Shown here: positions 44,443 to 55,135 of the stretch, piece by piece
Position numbering within the stretch: position 1 is the stretch's first letter
Layout of the letters: each line of letters begins with the position of its first letter
From: Naegleria gruberi
Taxonomy: Eukaryota
Direction: 5' to 3' (one strand)
Assembly: GCA_000004985.1 (NCBI GenBank)
Contig: GG738849.1
DNA: 64,000 nucleotides
The notes under the pieces: model-generated
The model's database searches: none
The model's input: only the letters and a program-made list of their open reading frames with translations
What the model was told of the DNA's origin: nothing
Translations under genes and position numbers: made by a program

Positions 44443-44513
44443 CGTCTCGTGGTGTAATGGTAGCATAGTGGACTTTGAATCCATTGACGGAGGTTCGATT
44501 CCTCCCGAGACGG
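44443..44513 (+). tRNA. tRNA-Gln (anticodon UUG)
   Basis: Identical 71-nt sequence to the other two copies. Followed by a conserved trailer TAAACGTGGCGAGCCCCTGAAATTTT ending in a T-run. Confidence 0.85.
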
Positions 44514-44540
44514 TAAACGTGGCGAGCCCCTGAAATTTTG
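44514..44540 (+). terminator. conserved 3' trailer plus T-run downstream of tRNA-Gln
   Basis: TAAACGTGGCGAGCCCCTGAAATTTT follows each tRNA copy. The reverse complement is at 26185..26211 and 44981..45007. It ends in the T4-5 run expected for Pol III termination. Confidence 0.45.
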
Positions 44541-45007
44541 TTGAACTATGCTTTAGATATTTCAAATAATGAAAATGATTGTATATTTTTTAATTATTGA
44601 GGTCCTTTCATATGTTTGTGTATTTTATTGGTATACATTTGCTTATTGACAGCTTTAAAGGCAATTTCTAAATCATTTCTCATATTAAATTGTTTTAAAG
44701 ATTATGACAATTTATTTTCAATTGCTTATAAGGCCATTTCGTTTGTAATAAAGGATTGAAAATAGGTTTTTTCACCTGAAAAAATTGAAGTCCATTTCTA
44801 AAAGCAGTTTCAAATATTAAGCCCCTTACCACTTTATTATTGTACCTAAATTATCCATTATAATTTATCAATTAATTCTCATTCCAAGAGTTTCTTTGAT
44901 GTAAATAACACTATTTACAAAATCCATCTAATGGATTAAATTTAGCAAAACTAACCAGCCCATCCGCTACCCTTTTTAAACAAAATTTCAGAGGCTCGCC
45001 ACGTTTA

Positions 45008-45078
45008 CCGTCTCGGGAGGAATCGAACCTCCGTCAATGGATTCAAAGTCCACTATGCTACCATTACACCACGAGACG
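45008..45078 (-). tRNA. tRNA-Gln (anticodon UUG)
   Basis: Third identical copy. It is convergent with the 44443 copy, about 494 bp away, and has the same conserved 5' and 3' flanks. Confidence 0.85.
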
Positions 45079-45299
45079 AGCACATTAATTATGTTAGAAC
45101 CCCAAACTACTTAAATACCCTTCAATTAAGGAAAGATCACCCAAGTCAGCGACTACCATTCTCCACAACCAATCCTCGCCTCCTTAAATAATATGTAAGA
45201 AAAGAATGTAACAATTGACTAGAACGCAAGTTGTAGAAAGTTGGCGGGAAATTTAAAAAAAAATTGCTAAACCGTTAATCTCTATTGTCAATCAGAAAA

Positions 45300-46099
45300 A
45301 TGGTTGGATTTTTTGAAAAGCTCGGGATTAAGAGGAAACGATTAAATTTAATTGTTTGTGGATTGGAAGGATCTGGAAAGAGTACATTAGTATGTTGATA
45401 AATTAACTAGAACAATTTTGTATTAAGGAAATATTCAAACAAATTGTTAATGAATTATTCAATACAACAGGTGAATCATTTAAAGTCGACATCGGAACAG
45501 AAGGAAAATATAATACCCACAGCTGGTTACAGCCTGGAGGAATTTAGTAGGAATGGGGTAGGTTTTCAAAATGAGGAAGTGATGAACCAATTAATTCTAT
45601 CTTACTAGTTTTTATGTAGATTATTTGATTTGAGTGGAGCTGGAAAGTACAGATCAATGTGGAAGTACTTTTTCGAAAATTTAGAAGGAATAATGTTTGT
45701 GGTGGATATTACGGATACAAAGAGGTAAGGAATTATGAAAATACCAATTGACCTTCAATTTATATTGTTGAATTCAGGTTGTGTGTAGCGAGGGATGAAC
45801 TGCATGATTTACTTTCGAATAAAGCACTGCATGGAGTGCCAATACTAGTCTGTGCAAACAAGATTGATGTCGAACAAAAGAAAGTATCCCTTGCACAGAT
45901 ACACAACATTTTAAGCTTGGAAGGAAGCAATAGAGAATGGAAAATCGAAGGAACCTCAGGTAAAGAAGGAACAGGAATAGAAGAATCATTCAGATGGTTA
46001 ATTAATTCAGCAGCAACTTTTGTAAGAGCAAAGAAAGAAGCTGAAAGGCAGATCATTGTTTCTAATCAGCAAGTTCAAAAATCCGATGGCTTAAATTAA
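45300..46099 (+). CDS. ARF-like small GTPase (closest to ARL6/BBS3-type by G3 motif)
   Basis: Four exons: 45300..45389, 45471..45557, 45609..45724, 45778..46099. Donors GTATGT, GTAGGT, GTAAGG. P-loop GLEGSGKST, G3 'FDLSGAGKYRSMW' (compare ARL6 'FDMSGQGRYRNLW'), G4 ANKID, C-terminal TSGKEGTGIEESFRWL. About 204 aa, TAA stop. Confidence 0.7.
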
Positions 46100-46150
46100 T
46101 TATACAATTCTAATTTAATGTATTACTATAATTTAATTAAATTTTCCAAT

Positions 46151-46801
46151 TTAAATTAATTTCTTCTTGATAAAGTATGATCGGAGGTAGTAGATTTGTC
46201 CAAAAGCAAAACCAGCCATAAAGATGAAGAAGAAAATACCCATGTATGTGATACGTTGATTAATAGTTTCAGTGGTGTATCTCATGGCACCTTCTCTTTC
46301 TCTGAAATAAACGTATTCAGCATAGATTGAGTGAACAATATCTTCCATCATTCTAAGATTAACTTCGATTGGCTTCAAATGTTCCTTTCTTGCCAATTGT
46401 TCATAATCAAAAGTATCTGTTCCGGTTAAGATATCAAAAGTAATACGACGACGCATTCCATCATGATAAGTAGCTTTAGAACTCATTCTATTGTAGAAAC
46501 AGAATGAATATTCTCCTCCTTCTTTAGCTACAAAACTAAGATCTCCTTTTTTAATATTCTTTCTTTCCAAAACAATATTTCCTCTTGGGTCAGTCACTTT
46601 AAAATCAATCTTTTGTGAATATCCAGCACCAACCTCATATTCTCCATAAACATCAAAAGTAGTAACAATTTCTTCACGGAAACAAACATAATCTCTAGCC
46701 TTTAAATCAAATTGAAAAGCATCAACTCGCAAAATACAAATCAGCAGCAGGACAGCAGCGATTAATACTATTGATGATGAAGTTGTTGTTTGTCCAGCCA
46801 T
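46151..46801 (-). CDS. p24/emp24 (TMED) family cargo receptor
   Basis: ATG at 46801. Signal peptide, GOLD domain, coiled coil, single TM and a short basic tail (…YLRSYFIKKKLI). 216 codons, TAA stop. Confidence 0.75.
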   Translation of the reverse strand: MAGQTTTSSSIVLIAAVLLLICILRVDAFQFDLKARDYVCFREEIVTTFDVYGEYEVGAGYSQKIDFKVTDPRGNIVLERKNIKKGDLSFVAKEGGEYSFCFYNRMSSKATYHDGMRRRITFDILTGTDTFDYEQLARKEHLKPIEVNLRMMEDIVHSIYAEYVYFREREGAMRYTTETINQRITYMGIFFFIFMAGFAFGQIYYLRSYFIKKKLI

Positions 46802-46928
46802 TTTTTAAAATTTAAAAATAAAAATCACAAGTCGCCAGCTTTTTTGCTTTCGTCATCACCACATGAAAGCCTTTCAATATTAATTAAATATATTTGGCTT
46901 GCGAATTAATTGAACAGATTGATTTAAA

Positions 46929-47712
46929 TATGACAATACTAGAAGTTTGTATTGATAGTTATGAGAAGGGAGTGCAAGCTTGTTTGAATGGTGCTAAACG
47001 ATTAGAGTTGTGTTCCGATTTGGCTTTGGAAGGCTTTACTCCGAGTGAAGAATTGATTGAGGAATTTATGAGGGATGTTTTGAGGAGAAGTGATGATAAT
47101 GAAGTGATTCCCATTCATGTAATGATTAGACCTATCAAGAGGGATTCAAATATTCTCGACACATTCTGCTATGATTCGAATGATTTACAAATAATGAAAG
47201 AGCAAATTAGAATGTGCAGGAAATTAATTGATCTTCATGCAGTGGAAAAGTCAAGATTTAAAATTGAGGGATTTGTTATTGGATGCATCAAGAAGGAGAA
47301 TGGTGGAATTATTATTGATACTGAAATATTGAAAGAATTGTGCGAAACAATTCAAGAGAATAATGGACATTTCAATATTACATTCCATAAGGCTTTTGAT
47401 TTACTGACACATCCTGCAGAATCTCTCGATATTCTTTTACAGTTTGGAATTAATAGAATCCTTACTAGTTTATGTTTTGCTTACACAGACTTGAAAGGCA
47501 AAATTACTGCAGCTCTAGAATCCAATAATTCTCAAGTTGACCAATTTCTTAAACACCTAAAAGAGATTAATCAACACCAAACTGTAATGACCTTATTAAT
47601 TGGAGGTGGAGTGCGTGAATGCAACCAATTATCCATTATTAACTTTATGAACCAAAATGCAATTATTCCGTTCGAACTTCACTCCTCCACTCCCTTTTTA
47701 ACAATCAACTAA
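46929..47712 (+). CDS. cutC: copper homeostasis protein CutC family (TIM barrel)
   Basis: ORF 46894..47712 with the first ATG at 46929 (MTILEVCIDSYEKGVQACLNGAKRLELC…). Motifs IPIHVMIRP and ITFHKAFD match CutC. TAA stop. Confidence 0.75.
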
Positions 47713-47970
47713 TTATTTCCATTCCAATATATTTGGAGATGAAAAGATAACTACATTCCAATGGACTCCGTAAATAATGTTTTACCTACTCAACCAACAT
47801 TTTGAATTTATCACCCCTCCCCTCCAACTATTACTGTCACCCATTTGAAAATTGTAAAAATCTCTAACACAGATCCAAACAAGATCTTTTCTTCGATTTT
47901 TATTGAAATCTCTCGAAGGTCGTGTGATTTTCACATCCTCACAACTCCACACACAAAACACCGAAAAAAA

Positions 47971-49527
47971 ATGCAAAATCCTCCCCTCTACAATTTCACA
48001 CCTAAAAATTCATTTTCCAACAATATGATGAGGAAGAGCAGCAAAATTCTCGGAATTAATTTATTAAATTTTGTATTTATTGTGCTGGTAGCATTTGTGA
48101 TGAGCACGAATAAGTTGAGAGTTAATGGTTCTCCAACACAGCAGGAATATACTTCATCACCTGTAGAATTGGTTCACGCTTTTAATTTTGTTAATTTTAA
48201 TTTTACATCAGAAGAACAACGTCAAGAATATATGAAAGATGAAATTTACAAGCTTGTTGCTTTGGCAGGTGTCAAAGTTGATGCTAATGGAGATATTTAC
48301 GTGTCAATGCCTCGTTGGAAATCACCAAAGATCCCAGCAACATTGGCAAAGATTGTAAAGGGAGAAAATGGTCAACCAATTCTTGAACCATTTCCAAGTT
48401 GGGAATGGAATAATGTCAATAACGCAACCTTTGGTCTTCAAAGTGTTTTAGGATTTGAAATTGATGGTCAACAAAGAATGTGGATCTTGGATCAAGGAAA
48501 AGTTGCTGGAAAAGCTGCTGAAAAGGAAAGTATTAAATTGGTTGTGTGGGATTTGGAAAAGAATGAACTCATTGCTAAATATCATTTCACACCAGAGGAA
48601 GCATCACCAACCAACTCATTCTTGAATGATATTGTCGTTGATTCTGACCAAAATATTGCCTTTATTAGTGACAGTGGTATTCCAATTGATAATCCAAATA
48701 AGGATCCAACCATTCGTCCACAACCTGGTATTTTAGTTATTGATATTGATGATTTGAAAGTTAAGAGATGGTTTGATGGATTGCCTCAAGTTCAAGTTGA
48801 CCAAAGCGCATGGCTTGATGTTAATGGTAAGAAATGTCTCCAAAATGAACCAATGAAAACTGGTGTCGATGGCATTGCTCTCAGTTGTGATTACAATAGA
48901 TTGTATTGGACTCCATTGACCTCTAGAACTTTGTATGGTATTGATGCCAACTTGTTATTGATGTATCCACCAAACACAACCTTGGTTCACGATAAGATTG
49001 TCAATTATGGTGACAAGATTTCATCTAGTGATGGTTTTGCTATTTCTTCTGATTCCACATTTTATATTACTGCTATTGAAAATAACACAATTTATGAAGT
49101 GAGTGAGGAAGGTCTTGCTGATGTTTTAGAAGGAAAGACCAAAATCTCTGATTTCAAATTGAGAGAATACATGGTTGACTCTTTGAAGAATATCACCATT
49201 ACTCACCAAAATGAACTTGTCTGGCCTGATACTATTGGTATTTCCAATGATGGATACATGTACTTTGTTACAAACAATTTGTGTGACTATGTTCAAGGAT
49301 TTATCACTGATTTCGACAAGCCAAACTTTTTCATTCATAGAAAGTTTATTGGAGCTTCATCTTATGTGAATGGATGTGAACAAGCTCACTTGGAATTGGG
49401 AGCTAAGGAATGGGCAACTATCGGTACCTTGTTAGGTCTTTGGATTCTTGGATTGGTTATTATTGTAGTTTCTGTTACCATTGTCAATAGAAGAAAAAAG
49501 GCTAAAGAAACCTATACAACATTGTAA
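47971..49527 (+). CDS. MRJP/yellow-family protein with N-terminal signal anchor and C-terminal TM
   Basis: First ATG at 47971 in an aaaaaaaaATG context. The MRJP-type domain reads …DANGDIYVSMPRWKSPKIPATLAKIV…FGLQSVLGFEIDGQQRMWILDQGKV…. Hydrophobic segments lie at both ends. TAA stop. Confidence 0.7.
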   Translation: MQNPPLYNFTPKNSFSNNMMRKSSKILGINLLNFVFIVLVAFVMSTNKLRVNGSPTQQEYTSSPVELVHAFNFVNFNFTSEEQRQEYMKDEIYKLVALAGVKVDANGDIYVSMPRWKSPKIPATLAKIVKGENGQPILEPFPSWEWNNVNNATFGLQSVLGFEIDGQQRMWILDQGKVAGKAAEKESIKLVVWDLEKNELIAKYHFTPEEASPTNSFLNDIVVDSDQNIAFISDSGIPIDNPNKDPTIRPQPGILVIDIDDLKVKRWFDGLPQVQVDQSAWLDVNGKKCLQNEPMKTGVDGIALSCDYNRLYWTPLTSRTLYGIDANLLLMYPPNTTLVHDKIVNYGDKISSSDGFAISSDSTFYITAIENNTIYEVSEEGLADVLEGKTKISDFKLREYMVDSLKNITITHQNELVWPDTIGISNDGYMYFVTNNLCDYVQGFITDFDKPNFFIHRKFIGASSYVNGCEQAHLELGAKEWATIGTLLGLWILGLVIIVVSVTIVNRRKKAKETYTTL

Positions 49528-49612
49528 GTATAATTAATACCATTATTTACATTAATAATTACTATTTATTCCCAAATATTTCAAATTCCAATAATATATT
49601 TAGGCAATAAAC

Positions 49613-50518
49613 TTAGAGAGATTTAACTTCTGGAATTCTTTCAACAACTTGAAGCCAAACTTCTTGTGGCATGTGCTTCTTGAATTCAGTCAAGATGGCA
49701 TCAGCCTTAGTCTTATTTTCAGATCTGGCAGCCAAAACTTCACGAACCATAGCTTCAGTCAAATCCAAAGAATTCTTAGAGAATGAATAATAGTGAAGAA
49801 CTTGATGGGCGTTTTGGTCTGTTTCCAAAAGCTTTGCAAAAGCTTGTTCTTGAATACTTCTAAGGTCTTCCTTTGAGAGAACTTGTTCAGATAATGGCAC
49901 GACAATATTTTCCTTGGTTTGGAAGTGATCTTCAACAACCTTTCTCAATTCAGCGAGGTGATTCTTCAATTCATCCATCTTGTTGTGGGTTGGTCCTTGA
50001 TGATGTTGATGATGTTTGATAATATGTTCAATATGATTAATAGCTTGATGTTCCAAAATGTGGCTTGACTTTAAATCGGAAAGTAATTGCAAATCCTTAT
50101 GTTCCTTTCCACTTGTTGAAATAAATTCATGAATAGCAGGAACCCAACCAAGATCTTCAAGCTTAGATTGTGCCTTCAAAGAAGCCTTTAAAGCTTCAAA
50201 CTTTGCGTGGAATTCATGCCAATTAATAGTATGAGCATCCTTTCCATTGACAGAGACTGCCAATTCATCAATACTAGAAATAAAAGCTTCATGTAAATAA
50301 GTTTCCAAATACATGGCTGTTTTCATGTGTGATTTACGACTATAATACCTTGTGCTCGGAACACTCAAACATCCAAATGTTGCTGCTGGTGTTGTATTAT
50401 TGAAGGAGGAAGAGGATGAGGAGGAGAACAAGGAAGTGGCTGCTGCCCCCATTCTACTACGAGATGACTTGTTGACCAAAGCGGAGGCAACAACACTCAA
50501 TGCACGACGATTCATCAT
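49613..50518 (-). CDS. hemerythrin-like (HHE) domain protein with predicted mitochondrial presequence
   Basis: ATG-ATG start at 50518. The N-terminus is R/S-rich (MMNRRALSVVASALVNKSSRSRMG…). His/Glu-rich helical repeats (…INWHEFHAKFEAL…, …HNKMDELKNHLAELRKVVEDHFQTKENIVVPL) resemble a hemerythrin cation-binding fold. TAA stop. Confidence 0.5.
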   Translation of the reverse strand: MMNRRALSVVASALVNKSSRSRMGAAATSLFSSSSSSSFNNTTPAATFGCLSVPSTRYYSRKSHMKTAMYLETYLHEAFISSIDELAVSVNGKDAHTINWHEFHAKFEALKASLKAQSKLEDLGWVPAIHEFISTSGKEHKDLQLLSDLKSSHILEHQAINHIEHIIKHHQHHQGPTHNKMDELKNHLAELRKVVEDHFQTKENIVVPLSEQVLSKEDLRSIQEQAFAKLLETDQNAHQVLHYYSFSKNSLDLTEAMVREVLAARSENKTKADAILTEFKKHMPQEVWLQVVERIPEVKSL

Positions 50519-51028
50519 TTTGTTTTCTTTGTTGAAAAAAATGGAAAATTTTTTAAAAATGATTTTTTTTTGTGTTTAATATTTTTTTGGAGGCAACCAG
50601 AAAAGGCCCAAAATGGTAATATTAAAAAGTTTTTTAAATAAATTGTAAAGTATTTAAATATTATACTAGTGCACAATAGTATTGATAAAAAACTAGTTGA
50701 GAATCCATTGGAGTGTTTGTTGGTAAAATAGCTCAATGCCTGCTGTCCCCATCGCACAACAACTTTTCCATCATCACAACAACTTTAACAGCTGTCATTG
50801 ACGAGTTGACATTTTTAAAAAAAAATATTGGTCAACAAGTTTCCTCTCCATCATCAACGATATCCAAAACTCACACTTGTTTCCACACCAATAATAACAA
50901 CACAAACAAATTCCAAAATATTTTGGTAAGTTTTTTCATCATCAACACTAAATTTTTTTTAAAATTTACTTTTGTTGCAACGAATACGAATAACAATTAC
51001 TATTAAACTTTTTAATTACTTGACAGAA

Positions 51029-53491
51029 ATGAGTACCACTAAACAGCAACAACAACAACATCATATAGAAGAAAATGATGATCCATCACCACTTGATTTA
51101 ACACAATGGATTAGTACATTAACATCTTTGCAACCTAATTTTGAATTTTTATATCCAAATACCTGGAAGTTGGATTGTATGGCATCAGGAACATTAAAAT
51201 TAATTTCACCAACAGAAATATCACCATGGTTTAATCAGGAAGATGCCGATGATAGTGTAATGGATCAGATTCGAGTAGATTTTACACAGAAAAGTTCATC
51301 ATCACCTCATGAGGAAATTCACACGGAAACATTTAAAAAGTTAATGTCATCATATGCAATTTCAGATTATTGTGAAATTGAAGTGTTAAAGGACTGTCAA
51401 GTGTCAAATTCATTGAATGCCAAGAAGAGTCTAGTTCAATATACAAGTTATGGTAGAATTCAAATGACTCGTCATTATATTGTTACAGTTTCACTTCAAT
51501 CATGTACTTATATTTTCACATACTTGACTGAGAGTTTGAGTGGTGATAAGAATTTATTGGTATTTTACAAGTTTTTGAACAATTTTAAATTCCCTGAAAA
51601 TGGTTCAACATTTGTTTATGAATTACAAATGAATGAAAATTCAATCCTATTCGATATTCCATTTCCATATCAAGTTGTACAAAAGAGAGAATATTCTTTA
51701 ACTACCTATACTCCTTCACATGCCAAGTTTTCATCAACAGATATTACTCAACAACAATCTAAACAATTGTACTTTGATTTTCAAGTTTTTAGAACAGGTA
51801 CATCTACAATTGAAACTGTTGCTAATGAGGCATTGAATAGAACTGAAGGTGATTTTGATCAAAATTCTGCTAACTGTTATACTTTTAGTGTTTTACAAGG
51901 TGTTAAATCAACTGACCTCGTTCCAGAAAGTTTCACATTTAGTTACGAATATCAACACAATGAAGATAAGCAAGAAAGAAGATTTGTTGAAAAATATTTC
52001 ACTCCTCTCACAACAGGCGACATTTTGGTTTCAACATTTGTCAATTCATCCATTCCAAATGATATTCAAAATGAGGAATTACAAGTTTTTAAGAAGGTTC
52101 TCCAATCTTTTAAACTCGTATCTAGAAGTGAAAGAAAGCAATATTCTTCCAAGATTGTGAACAGTTCTACTCAGGTTTTGGGACAACAATTGAGTGAATT
52201 TAACATTACTGTTTATGGTGAATCAGGTGTAGGTAAATCATCACTCATTCATCAATACCTCACTGGTAATGAAGAGGTGGTAGCCCTTGCATCCAATAAG
52301 AAAGAACACAGCTATAGAAAATATGTTCCAAAATCTGAATCTCACTCTGCATTCGTTTTAAACATTCTCGACACTTGTGGAAATTATGAATATGAAAGTG
52401 GATGTCAATTTGAGAAGGCAATTAGAGCTGATGCAGTTCTTCTTATTTGCTCTCCTGATCAACAAACTTCCATTGATAGAATTGAAACATTCATTAACAG
52501 AATTGAAAGATTGAAAAAGAGAAAGTTGTCCGAAATTCCTTCACTCATTGTTTTTAACAAGTCTGATATTGAGGAAAATATTCTTGTCAAATCAGAGGAT
52601 GCTAAAAAGTTGGCAGATCAATATGGTATCACATTTATTGAATGTACCGCAAAGAAACAATCCAAGGTTAATGATTTATTTGATGGAGCTTTGATTTCTG
52701 AACTTTATTCCAAGCAATATATTTTAAATAGTATGCAATCAGACCAAAAGAAACTTTCAGAGGATATTGAAAACTTCCAATATTTGATTACTCAAAATCA
52801 AGTAGACCAAATTTCAACTCTCATTTCCGAATCAACATTCCCTCCTTCTTTGGCTTCTGAATATCTTAACCTTCCAATAATTTTCTATGGTGTCGATTCT
52901 GGTGTTGAAGGATCAACTCTCAGGCTTCTTATGGATTACAATAACAAATATGAAAAGTATAACCTCAAGAACTTTACAACCAAAGATATTAACGCCTTGA
53001 ATTTGGCAGCATTCGCTGCTACCAAAGGTAATCTAGTTGCCATCAAGGTATTGGAAGAATTTGGTATTACACTTGATCAAACAAATACTGACACTAATAT
53101 ATTGGCTCACATCCTTAATAGCTCCAGCGAAAATGACACTATTCAATATATTTTACAAAAGTACGAATCATTCCTTTCAAAGTATGTGAATGTGAGCTTT
53201 AAGGATGATGAAAATGGTTTAACCTATCCAATTCATACAGCCACCAAATCGGGATCTACATTCACTGTGAAATGGTTACTTTCACACGAAGGTTCACAAA
53301 CCATCAATGAAAAGGATAACTTGGGACTTACACCTTTGCTTTTGGCTGCTGCCGAAGGTAATGTTTCACTAGTTAAAATTCTTCTAGATTCTGGAGCTAA
53401 GCTTACAAACAGTGACGACACTTTCAAAGAATTTTTGAAAGAGAATTGTCCTGAAGACAAGTTGCCAGAAGTTTTGGCATTATTGCAATAA
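51029..53491 (+). CDS. Ras-superfamily small GTPase domain protein with C-terminal ankyrin repeats
   Basis: First ATG at 51029, preceded by a 5'-UTR intron (donor GTAAGT at about 50926, acceptor at about 51026). Poly-Q N-terminus. Central GTPase motifs GESGVGKSS (G1), DTCGNYEYE (G3 with Q replaced by N), NKSD (G4), CTAKK (G5). Three or four ankyrin repeats at the C-terminus. TAA stop. Confidence 0.7.
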   Translation: MSTTKQQQQQHHIEENDDPSPLDLTQWISTLTSLQPNFEFLYPNTWKLDCMASGTLKLISPTEISPWFNQEDADDSVMDQIRVDFTQKSSSSPHEEIHTETFKKLMSSYAISDYCEIEVLKDCQVSNSLNAKKSLVQYTSYGRIQMTRHYIVTVSLQSCTYIFTYLTESLSGDKNLLVFYKFLNNFKFPENGSTFVYELQMNENSILFDIPFPYQVVQKREYSLTTYTPSHAKFSSTDITQQQSKQLYFDFQVFRTGTSTIETVANEALNRTEGDFDQNSANCYTFSVLQGVKSTDLVPESFTFSYEYQHNEDKQERRFVEKYFTPLTTGDILVSTFVNSSIPNDIQNEELQVFKKVLQSFKLVSRSERKQYSSKIVNSSTQVLGQQLSEFNITVYGESGVGKSSLIHQYLTGNEEVVALASNKKEHSYRKYVPKSESHSAFVLNILDTCGNYEYESGCQFEKAIRADAVLLICSPDQQTSIDRIETFINRIERLKKRKLSEIPSLIVFNKSDIEENILVKSEDAKKLADQYGITFIECTAKKQSKVNDLFDGALISELYSKQYILNSMQSDQKKLSEDIENFQYLITQNQVDQISTLISESTFPPSLASEYLNLPIIFYGVDSGVEGSTLRLLMDYNNKYEKYNLKNFTTKDINALNLAAFAATKGNLVAIKVLEEFGITLDQTNTDTNILAHILNSSSENDTIQYILQKYESFLSKYVNVSFKDDENGLTYPIHTATKSGSTFTVKWLLSHEGSQTINEKDNLGLTPLLLAAAEGNVSLVKILLDSGAKLTNSDDTFKEFLKENCPEDKLPEVLALLQ

Positions 53492-53527
53492 AGTAATAAA
53501 AATCATAAAAATCTGTATAAAATCATA

Positions 53528-54870
53528 TTATTCTGTCATCTTGTAAGTCCTTACAAATCTTATTTCTTGAGGTGGTAGTTTTGGAGGTGAGGGTTGAGGT
53601 TTCTCTCCATTTTCTGATTCTTGGACGGCACCTTGTTCTCCTTCCTCATCGTCCTCATAATATTCACTTTCCTCATCTGTAGAATCAGTGAAAGATGCAT
53701 TATTGACATCATTGGTTATGTTGGAGACTTGAGGTGGAGGTCTTGGTGTAATATACTTGGAAGGATCATCATCCGCAGGTGTAATAACAGTGGAGGTGTG
53801 CTTGTTTTTGAAGAATTTTCTTCCATTCTTTTGAGAAAATGAAAGATTGGTTTTGACCCAGTCCTTTTCACATTGGTCTTTTTGTGATTGAGGTACGGAA
53901 TACCACTGAATGATCCTCTCGTAAAATCCTTCAATTTTCTTCAGGGCTGAAGGTTGGAAATCTTTTGCATTTTGTACAAACTCACACCCATGATTGGTTG
54001 ATTCTGTCACAATGTCTTTCAGTTTCAGTGCTGATGTTATAAATATGAAAAATAGGATGTCGTTCCTTGTTTCCAATACGGTGACTATACACAGTTTGTT
54101 AATTAAGAGATAGGTAAAAACATTCTGTTTTGATTTACCATCAATTGCAAAATCAACACTGGTTTTAAGTGCCAACTCGATAAATTTTCCTTCTGGACTC
54201 GATAAATTAAAATGTCTCGATCGTTTTCGCGACTTGTTAAATAAGGGATTCAGATACTCGTCAAAAATTAGAACCCTCTCTATGGCTTGCTCCGAATTTA
54301 GGAGTGCTTGTATTATATTTTCCTCAACTAGATCGTTGTAAAGGAATTCCTTGATTATTGATCCATATGCCTTGAAAACTGTGTACTTATTCACAACGGA
54401 TATTTCCACAGTTTCTTTCTCTTTAATTTTGAAAACAAAATTCTTAGTTTCTTGCTCAATTAATTGTTTCTCTAATGCTTTTAAATCTCTAAGGGGTCTT
54501 TCATACATGTTCAAGAAGTGATCAAGCACTCTTTTCATTTTCTATTAATCCACACACCGGATAAATATTGATTAAATATGAATTTACTTACCAAATGTCC
54601 CACTCTAGTGTTTGAGTTCTTTGATTTAAAAAGTGCAATGATAATATCCTCTCCATGCTCCACCACAACAGAAAAATTCTGTATAGTCATTGAGGTTGAA
54701 CTCTTGTTATTTCCTAATTGCTGTATCGAACATATTAATGTACATGTTTTTGGTACATTTAAAGCACATTCAGTGGCATACTCATCGTCTTCATAATTTA
54801 AGGGCAAGTATAACAAGCACCTTCCTAAATTCGTAAAAATCAAACAAAATTCATTCTTTTCGTCTTTCAT
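53528..54870 (-). CDS. hypothetical protein (about 430 aa) with acidic, Pro-rich C-terminus
   Basis: Two exons: 54592..54870 (ATG at 54870) and 53528..54541. The 50-nt intron (GTAAGT..AATAG) joins …TRVGHL|KMKRVLDHFLNMYERPLRDL… in frame. TAA stop. Confidence 0.6.
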
Positions 54871-55135
54871 TAATATTATAATAACATCATCATCCTGTTC
54901 TCTTCCGACAGATAACTTTTATTGTCCTCAACAAATGGAATTTTAATGATGATTTGATGAACACCAATAGTAAGCAGTTTTCCTCTGCTGACGAATCGAG
55001 TAAATTTTTTTAAATGAAACTTTAATTTGGCGCCAAAACAAGTACAACTCCCAACAACCTACAACAGCAAGATTCCTAATTGTTTTTTGCTGTTGTTTAA
55101 TAATAATAACACAGATCAGCACAAGTTTGAAAAAA

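Noticed and set aside
44237-45299. tRNA-associated retrotransposon or SINE
   Set aside because: I looked in the flanks of all three tRNA genes for ORF fragments, poly-A tails or target-site duplications. Only short, non-coding AT-rich spacer with weak 'CCATTTC' word repeats was found.
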